From positions 62,001 to 126,000 of the IMG/VR virus record IMGVR_UViG_3300040801_004034: DNA of 64,000 nucleotides; one strand, written 5' to 3'. Below, piece by piece: positions 58,789-64,000 of this stretch. Made by a program: the position numbers and the translations under genes. The stretch's first letter is position 1, and each line of letters opens with the position of its first letter. The notes below the pieces were generated by a model. That model was given only the letters and a program-made list of their open reading frames with translations. It was not told the origin of the DNA and did no database searches.

Positions 58789-59337
58789 ATGATCAAATAT
58801 AAAAGTGATATTTTCGGTGCAACGGTTTATCCAGATGAAAAAATAATTGCGTTTTGGGGAGGAATCTTAAGTCAATGGGCACCATGTATGTTTACATGTG
58901 AAAAATATCTGCCTGGTATTGAATTAAATTCTGCTGAACAAGGTATGATGCTTTTAAAAGCAAAAGAGTTCAATGACACTGAAATATTTGATGCAATATT
59001 GAAATCGAACGATCCAAGAGAACAAAAAGCTCTTGGTCGTAAAGTATCTGGGTTTGTACCAGAACAGTGGGATAAGGTTTGTGTAGATTATGTAACAGCT
59101 ATTAACATTGATAAGTTTGAACAAAACTATGCATGGAAAGAAGCTTTGAAACTTGTGCCAGATTTTACATTCGTTGAAGCATCGCCTTATGATCGCGTTT
59201 GGGGCGTTGGTTTAGGTGAAGATAATCCCGATGTAGTTGATCCATCTAAATGGGATGGTAAAAATTATCTTGGTATTGCTATCATGAGAGCTCGTGATGC
59301 TATCATTGAAAGATCTGCAATTAATAATCATGAATAG
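58789..59337 (+). CDS. NADAR (YbiA-like) family protein
   Basis: LSQW, SAEQ.MM.KA..F.D, KALGRKV, VEASPYDRVWGVG, G.N.LG. Confidence 0.92.
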   Translation: MIKYKSDIFGATVYPDEKIIAFWGGILSQWAPCMFTCEKYLPGIELNSAEQGMMLLKAKEFNDTEIFDAILKSNDPREQKALGRKVSGFVPEQWDKVCVDYVTAINIDKFEQNYAWKEALKLVPDFTFVEASPYDRVWGVGLGEDNPDVVDPSKWDGKNYLGIAIMRARDAIIERSAINNHE

Positions 59338-59530
59338 ACGCACATTTTTCAAAAATCTGATTGTCAGTTCTATAGCAGTTGCAGCAGCTCCAGCAATTGT
59401 TGCTAAAACACTAACACCTGTATATGAACCGTATAATGTTGAACAGAGATTAGCAGATATACTATCAAAAGAAATCCAAGATGAAATAGATAAAGAAATG
59501 ATTAATCGTATGGCTGGGTTGATAAATTAA
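59330..59530 (+). CDS. Small protein with twin-arginine signal and a gp23-like helix
   Basis: MNRRTFFK plus hydrophobic stretch; C-terminus VEQRLADILSKEIQDEIDKEMI. Confidence 0.55.
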   Translation: MNRRTFFKNLIVSSIAVAAAPAIVAKTLTPVYEPYNVEQRLADILSKEIQDEIDKEMINRMAGLIN

Positions 59531-59595
59531 GTTCATTGTATAAATATTTTTAGAAATCGCCAGTAGTGGCGCTCGTCCGAAAGGAAGTAAATAAT

Positions 59596-60411
59596 ATGAA
59601 TAAACAAAAATACGCTGTTACCGTCCAAGTTAACGGCAAAAAAGTGAAGGAATACACGAAAGACGGTCGTGTATATATCGAAGGAAGAGATGGTACACCT
59701 TACACAATTAAGGTTGGTAACAGTTCTGGTAAACGGGTCAAAGCAGTTATAACTGTAGATGGTTTCTCTATCATAAATGACGATAAAAAAGATTATCACA
59801 CTGGTTATATCATAAATCCATATAGTAGCATCACCGTTAATGGTTTCAGAACCAGTAATGAGACAGAAGCACAATTTGTGTTCTCGACAAAAGGTGATAG
59901 CCGTGCTCAAAAAGTACAAGGCTATGCAAAGGATTGTGGTGTCATAGGTGTTCGTATTTATCCTGAGAAGGTTAAACCAGAACAGTATATTAGGGAGTTT
60001 CTCGAATCAGCACCTAGAAAATCATTCCCAGGTCCTCTATACAGCAAATCAATCGATTACGAAAATACAAGCTGGAGCAATCCAAATGATTCATTCCCTG
60101 TAACAATGGATTTCATGGAAAATGAAACATTAAATAGCTTACCCTCACCAGGTGTTAGTATTAAGGAAACCGATTATTCATTGTACTCAGCAAGTGTTGC
60201 TGCACCATCGTTTGATCTTGGTAGTGAAATGGGTAAAGATGTTCAATCACCAGTTAAAATTGTTGAATTTGAATCTGATACGCTCGATACACAAATTGAT
60301 ATCTATTATGCATCACGCAACTCGCTTAAAACAGCAGGTATTGATTTTAAGCCAGCGAAACAGTTGCATATCCCGCAATCATTCGGAGGTTATTGTAAGA
60401 GACCGAAATAG
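59596..60411 (+). CDS. Hypothetical protein
   Basis: YIEG..G..Y.I...N....VDG...GVIGV; preceded by TATAAATA, a GC hairpin and AAGGAAG. Confidence 0.65.
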   Translation: MNKQKYAVTVQVNGKKVKEYTKDGRVYIEGRDGTPYTIKVGNSSGKRVKAVITVDGFSIINDDKKDYHTGYIINPYSSITVNGFRTSNETEAQFVFSTKGDSRAQKVQGYAKDCGVIGVRIYPEKVKPEQYIREFLESAPRKSFPGPLYSKSIDYENTSWSNPNDSFPVTMDFMENETLNSLPSPGVSIKETDYSLYSASVAAPSFDLGSEMGKDVQSPVKIVEFESDTLDTQIDIYYASRNSLKTAGIDFKPAKQLHIPQSFGGYCKRPK

Positions 60412-60435
60412 GAACAAATAGAAAATAAACATTTC

Positions 60436-60469
60436 AAATACCTATTCGTAATTGGATAGGTATTTTTTT
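60436..60469 (+). terminator. Intrinsic terminator
   Basis: AAATACCTATTC-loop-GGATAGGTATTTTTTT. Confidence 0.8.
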
Positions 60470-60502
60470 GGAGACGGAACAACACTATACTAGACATACA
60501 TT

Positions 60503-61108
60503 ATGAAAAAGACACGATACTACTGCAAGCCAAGCGATGACGTTTGCTTGTTACTTACTCAAGCATGGACACCACTTGGCGTGACATCTGCTAGAGAAGC
60601 GTTTCATAAATTGATCAGACAAGCACATAAAGCTAACCCATCTGTTAAAGCAATTGATGCAAATGGTAACATGCTAATGTATGATGAATGGATCAAACAA
60701 GGAGAATACTTTGATAATCATCCATTCATGCGTGGTGTCAACCAAGATTACCCAGTTCCAACAGTTCTTGTAACATCCGATTCGTTTTTCTATCGCACAA
60801 GTAATCCAAAGGTTACTCTTCGTATGCTTTACAAGCACTACAATGGTAAGTGCCGTATTTGTGGTAAGAAGAAGCCAATGAGTGAAATGAGTAAAGAACA
60901 CATCAAACCAAGAAGTAAAGGTGGTGGTAACGGTCCTGATAATTTAACACTAACATGTCGTGATTGTAACTCTAAGAAAGGTGATTTATTTCCATATCTT
61001 GTAGATGGCAAGCCATTGGAGCCAGTTGCTGTAGTTCAGGAAAAGATTCGTATGCGTCGTCCAGAATGGCGCGATATTGTCAAGAAAGAACAACAATCTG
61101 AAGATTAA
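60503..61108 (+). CDS. HNH endonuclease
   Basis: CRICG...EHIKPRSKGG....NLTLTCRDCNSKKG. Confidence 0.9.
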   Translation: MKKTRYYCKPSDDVCLLLTQAWTPLGVTSAREAFHKLIRQAHKANPSVKAIDANGNMLMYDEWIKQGEYFDNHPFMRGVNQDYPVPTVLVTSDSFFYRTSNPKVTLRMLYKHYNGKCRICGKKKPMSEMSKEHIKPRSKGGGNGPDNLTLTCRDCNSKKGDLFPYLVDGKPLEPVAVVQEKIRMRRPEWRDIVKKEQQSED

Positions 61109-61127
61109 TAGATATTGGTCAACAGAT

Positions 61128-61386
61128 ATGTTTTTCAAAGCCTGCTCCTCTTGAAAAGGACTCAAGAGGAGCAGTTATTGCTATCGGTAAAAACGTCGCA
61201 TACAACTATCAAGGTAGTGTAACGGTCGGAACGATCAAAGAAATCAAACGTAATAAGTGGAAAAAATGTAGACCTGGTTTCGAAGGACAACATTGGTATC
61301 AATTAAAATTTGTGATGACAGTTGATCATGAATCAGGTGAATTCACATCAACAATTAAAAATCCGAATAGTTTCATTATCATTTGA
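61128..61386 (+). pseudogene. Probable small gene with a 1-nt frameshift in the T5 run right after its ATG
   Basis: 85-codon open frame 61129-61386 without an upstream ATG; deleting one T at 61131-61135 gives MFSKPAPLEKDSRG...NPNSFIII. Confidence 0.45.
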
Positions 61387-61403
61387 TAACTAATTTAAAT
61401 TTT

Positions 61404-61637
61404 ATGCAAGAATTAAAACAATTTGTAGAAGAAGGTGGTAATGTTGTAGAGTGTGAGCCTAGAACATATTATTATGATACTGGTTATTCATACTCATTTT
61501 CAAAACCTGGTGATGATGGGTGTATCGTAATGGTTAACTCTATAGGCGACGCTATTAAAAAATACAATTTAAAATACATTAAGTCATATACAATTAAACA
61601 GCCTCAACCTAGTGATGGTGAATTAACGGAACAATGA
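61404..61637 (+). CDS. Hypothetical protein
   Basis: 77-aa ORF. Confidence 0.45.
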   Translation: MQELKQFVEEGGNVVECEPRTYYYDTGYSYSFSKPGDDGCIVMVNSIGDAIKKYNLKYIKSYTIKQPQPSDGELTEQ

Positions 61638-61649
61638 TATCATATTAGT

Positions 61650-62162
61650 ATGAAAAAGGTTATTTATTACCAAGGTATTCGAAGAGAAGGTGCATGGGAC
61701 AGCACTGAGCACTTTAACTCTAAAGTTGACGGGCTTGAAAAGGCCGGTTATGTTGTAGAGCGTGTACCATCTTGCAGAGATTATGATCTATCTCTTAGAA
61801 AGTTTCTAGACATTACACCAACTACAGATGTCGAAATGATTGTTGGTTGTTCTCTTGGTGGTTTTTGGGCAAATAAACTTGCATGCAAATATAACATTCC
61901 TGTTTTGCTGATTAACCCGCAATTGCTACCGCTTTATTATACCATGGATGAGCGCGCAATTGATACAAAACAAATCGAACGTACATTCTTTCTTGCAAAA
62001 GATGATGATATTCTAGATTATAGACTCACACAACATTTTATTGAAACCAACAGTATCAATGGTGATGTGCGTGTTTTTGATTATGGTCAACACCATTTTG
62101 GTTCTGAGAAATGTGTTAATGAAATTGTTGAGTACATAAATAACTATGTACCATGCGATTAA
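61650..62162 (+). CDS. YqiA/YcfP-like alpha/beta hydrolase
   Basis: GCSLGGFWA nucleophile elbow, LINP, DD.LD, HHF. Confidence 0.85.
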   Translation: MKKVIYYQGIRREGAWDSTEHFNSKVDGLEKAGYVVERVPSCRDYDLSLRKFLDITPTTDVEMIVGCSLGGFWANKLACKYNIPVLLINPQLLPLYYTMDERAIDTKQIERTFFLAKDDDILDYRLTQHFIETNSINGDVRVFDYGQHHFGSEKCVNEIVEYINNYVPCD

Positions 62163-62752
62163 ATTTTCAAGAGTTCTTTTGTGAATCATTTTCAAACCTT
62201 TTCATTAACAAAGATGATGAAAAGCGTAGACAGTTAGCAGATCAAATCCATAGTATGGTGGGTGCATCATATCAGAAAGCTACTGGTCAGCAAAACTTAG
62301 CTTTTGGTATGCAGTCTCCAGAAGCTATGCTTGAAACCATACCATTTTGGAAAATCGCAAAACGTGATGGACGTATAAGAGCAGTCATTCTTTATAAAGA
62401 TAAGAATGGAAGAAAATCGATGGCAATTGCAACCGATAGTACTAAAGAAGGAAAAAATCTTCTCAAACAAATGCTGCATGATGACATGATACGAAATCGA
62501 GCATACAGTGAAATTTCCGATCCATCACTTTCATTCAGAAAGAAAATTCTCCCAGCAAATTTATCAATTCAAGACATAGCTATACCATTTGAAGAAGTTC
62601 AGAAGATGATGCCTAATATAACTAGACCACCACAAGATGATCCGCATGTTATAAAACATCCTGAACTTGAGCCATATTTCTATCAGAGAGAGTTCGGTGG
62701 AGATCTAAAGACAAAAATAATGGTCGGTCAAATTGGTAATGAAATATCATAA
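62153..62752 (+). CDS. Hypothetical protein (possible internal head protein)
   Basis: N-terminus MRLNFQEFFCES; FWK...LYK.K.GRK, YSE.S, Y.R..GG....K.M.G. Confidence 0.6.
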   Translation: MRLNFQEFFCESFSNLFINKDDEKRRQLADQIHSMVGASYQKATGQQNLAFGMQSPEAMLETIPFWKIAKRDGRIRAVILYKDKNGRKSMAIATDSTKEGKNLLKQMLHDDMIRNRAYSEISDPSLSFRKKILPANLSIQDIAIPFEEVQKMMPNITRPPQDDPHVIKHPELEPYFYQREFGGDLKTKIMVGQIGNEIS

Positions 62753-62876
62753 AGGGAACTATCATATAATAGAGACAGAAATACGTTCTTTATCAGAAAA
62801 ATCAAAAATAGTTCAAAAAAAAATAGTTTAAAAAGAAGGAACTATGATATACTTGGCATAAGTAATAACAACGACA

Positions 62877-62978
62877 ATGAATTTACATACACAATATAGC
62901 TTTAACAAATGTGAGTCTGATATTAGACAATCACGCCCGATAGCGAATGTGCTGAATACAGGAGGTAGCGGGGATTGA
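62877..62978 (+). other. Candidate leader peptide (33 aa) upstream of a terminator
   Basis: MNLHTQYSFNKCESDIRQSRPIANVLNTGGSGD* downstream of the 62838 promoter. Confidence 0.35.
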
Positions 62979-63023
62979 CCACGAGATAATTTTAAGTTCT
63001 GAAAAAGAACAATAATAGAATTG

Positions 63024-63056
63024 AACTCGGGTCAGAAAAAGGACACCGGGTTTTTT
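63024..63056 (+). terminator. Intrinsic terminator / attenuator hairpin
   Basis: AACTCGG-GTC...GAC-A-CCGGGTT followed by a T tract. Confidence 0.6.
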
Positions 63057-63231
63057 AATGATTTTAAAGATAGACAAAAATAGGAACACAGATATAATTT
63101 AAACATAATTTAGTAAATGGCGCCTTGAGCCAAATAAAGAATCAAGGTTAGTACGTCCACTGTAAAAGCATCATGGGCACCTAAACCAATTATATAATTG
63201 AGAGAGGTGAAAGTAAGATTTATAAAATGGT

Positions 63232-63275
63232 GGCTGCACCAGTGAAGTTGAGATTTTTCTCCTTCTGGTGCAGCC
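63232..63275 (+). ncRNA. GC-rich hairpin element in the RNA array
   Basis: GGCTGCACCAG...CTGGTGCAGCC perfect 11-bp stem. Confidence 0.5.
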
Positions 63276-63380
63276 TTAACTTTCAGGAATATGGCAGCTG
63301 TTCGATTCAGTAACTCTTCGGAGATGTGGTGTTGTCAGATACGTTCAAAGTTAGACTCCTTGTATTCCTCAATTTTCAAA

Positions 63381-63451
63381 TCCTAGTCGTCTAGAAGCAG
63401 AGGACACCAGCCAGTTCGTGCTGGAAACGATAAGTTGCGATTATCCTAGGA
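63381..63451 (+). tRNA. Degenerate tRNA-like element (Glu-like)
   Basis: TCCTAG/CTAGGA acceptor, GTCTAG..AGGAC D-arm, CCAGC/GCTGG stem with 8-nt loop containing TTC, aberrant T-loop, no CCA. Confidence 0.45.
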
Positions 63452-63549
63452 CGTTTTAATCCATATAATCTAGGCAAGAGCTTGCAGGCTTATCATTTAG
63501 GTTATATGGCGCCAGATATATAGTAACTGCAATTACAAATATACCTGCG

Positions 63550-63617
63550 TTGTATCGGTCGGCTGGCGGAGACGCCCTCGTGAAGAGGGAGGTGATTGGT
63601 TCGATTCCAATATACAA
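63550..63617 (+). tRNA. Degenerate tRNA-like element (identity unclear)
   Basis: Canonical T-arm ATTGG-TTCGATT-CCAAT, CCCTC/GAGGG stem with GTGAA loop, short TTGTAT/ATACAA acceptor. Confidence 0.45.
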
Positions 63618-63710
63618 ATTCGATATTTATACCTATGCAAGTCATGTGTGAGTCATGGGGACGAAACATATAATAAACCACATGTCATGTATATGTTTCA
63701 AATTTTATAA

Positions 63711-63797
63711 GCCTAGGTGGCTCAGTTGGTCGACAGCGCCTGCTTTGTAAGCAGGATCCTACAGGACTCGTGGGTTCGAATCCCACCCTAGGCTCCA
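63711..63797 (+). tRNA. trnT: tRNA-Thr(UGU) with extended variable arm
   Basis: GCCTAGG/CCTAGGC acceptor, CCTGC-TTTGTAA-GCAGG anticodon arm, GTGGG-TTCGAAT-CCCAC T-arm, encoded CCA. Confidence 0.9.
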
Positions 63798-63839
63798 TTT
63801 TGATTGTAGTTTTCGAGTTACGTTTGATTAAGTATTTAT

Positions 63840-64000
63840 ATGATAACATGTATGCAATGCAATAAATTGATTCCTAATCAGGAATCGATAGCTCATAAAT
63901 ATCAAAAACGTTTTTGTGATAGTTCTTGTAGTGCAAAATACAATAACACAAAACGTAAATATAAAAAACAACCAAAAAGCAAGTGTTTGAATTGCGATAA
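63840..64000 (+). CDS. Partial ORF: zinc-ribbon N-terminus of a probable homing endonuclease
   Basis: MITCMQC...FCDSSCSAKYNN...CLNC; TAAGTA-N5-ATG; runs off the window. Confidence 0.6.
   Translation, partial: MITCMQCNKLIPNQESIAHKYQKRFCDSSCSAKYNNTKRKYKKQPKSKCLNCD

Larger units (their letters stand above)
62755..63098 (+). promoter_or_regulatory. Three tandem GGAAC-N5-TATAnT promoters upstream of the RNA array
   Basis: GGAAC at 62755, 62838 and 63083, each followed 5 nt later by TATAAT or TATACT. Confidence 0.65.

Noticed and set aside
1187-62479. Numerous 60-140 aa ORFs antisense or out of frame within larger genes (e.g. 6182, 13024, 34021, 56275, 59533)
   Set aside because: They are shadow ORFs fully overlapping well-supported genes, without promoter signatures or recognisable motifs
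63640-63700. Hammerhead-like TGAGTC..GACGAAAC segment
   Set aside because: The CUGAUGA core is not intact (reads GTGTGA) and no stem I partner is found
1-64000. Alternative genetic code (stop-codon reassignment) suggested by internal stops at 12908 and 19581
   Set aside because: All long core genes are intact in code 11 and end in TAA, TAG or TGA; the two internal stops are different codons and isolated
1-64000. CRISPR array or long tandem repeats
   Set aside because: No regularly spaced direct repeats were seen by eye; the Cas4-like nuclease at 40706 is a common stand-alone phage exonuclease

Overview
AT-rich, gene-dense segment of a large T4-like (myovirus-type) phage genome in the standard genetic code. 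It holds the replication/recombination core (uvsX, B-family DNA polymerase, gp46/47, gp55 late sigma, uvsW, uvsY, gp62-like, GroES-like, DinG helicase) and a class II ribonucleotide reductase with a LAGLIDADG intein, followed by a PduO cobalamin adenosyltransferase. A complete but dispersed preQ0 (7-deazaguanine) pathway is present (folE2, queD, queE, queC), with a class II glutamine amidotransferase, a GNAT and a deoxyribosyltransferase-like gene nearby; no dpdA was seen in the window. There are two sugar-modification clusters, one with an aminoglycoside-like enzyme set (deacetylase, DegT aminotransferase, amidinotransferase, radical SAM). A nuclease / Pol-beta NTase / ligase-like / HxGH NTase operon, several free-standing homing endonucleases and the start of a tRNA / tRNA-like RNA array are also present. 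Reading the raw sequence reveals features the ORF track misses: a 245-nt ORF-less group I intron (11656-11900) splitting a glycosyltransferase gene; three promoter classes (TAAATA-N5-ATG, TTGA..-N16-TATAAT-N5-8-ATG, GGAAC-N5-TAnnnT) that imply widespread leaderless mRNAs; and a family of late proteins with capsid-targeting-like N-termini. All protein calls are from motif recognition by eye; no database searches were run.
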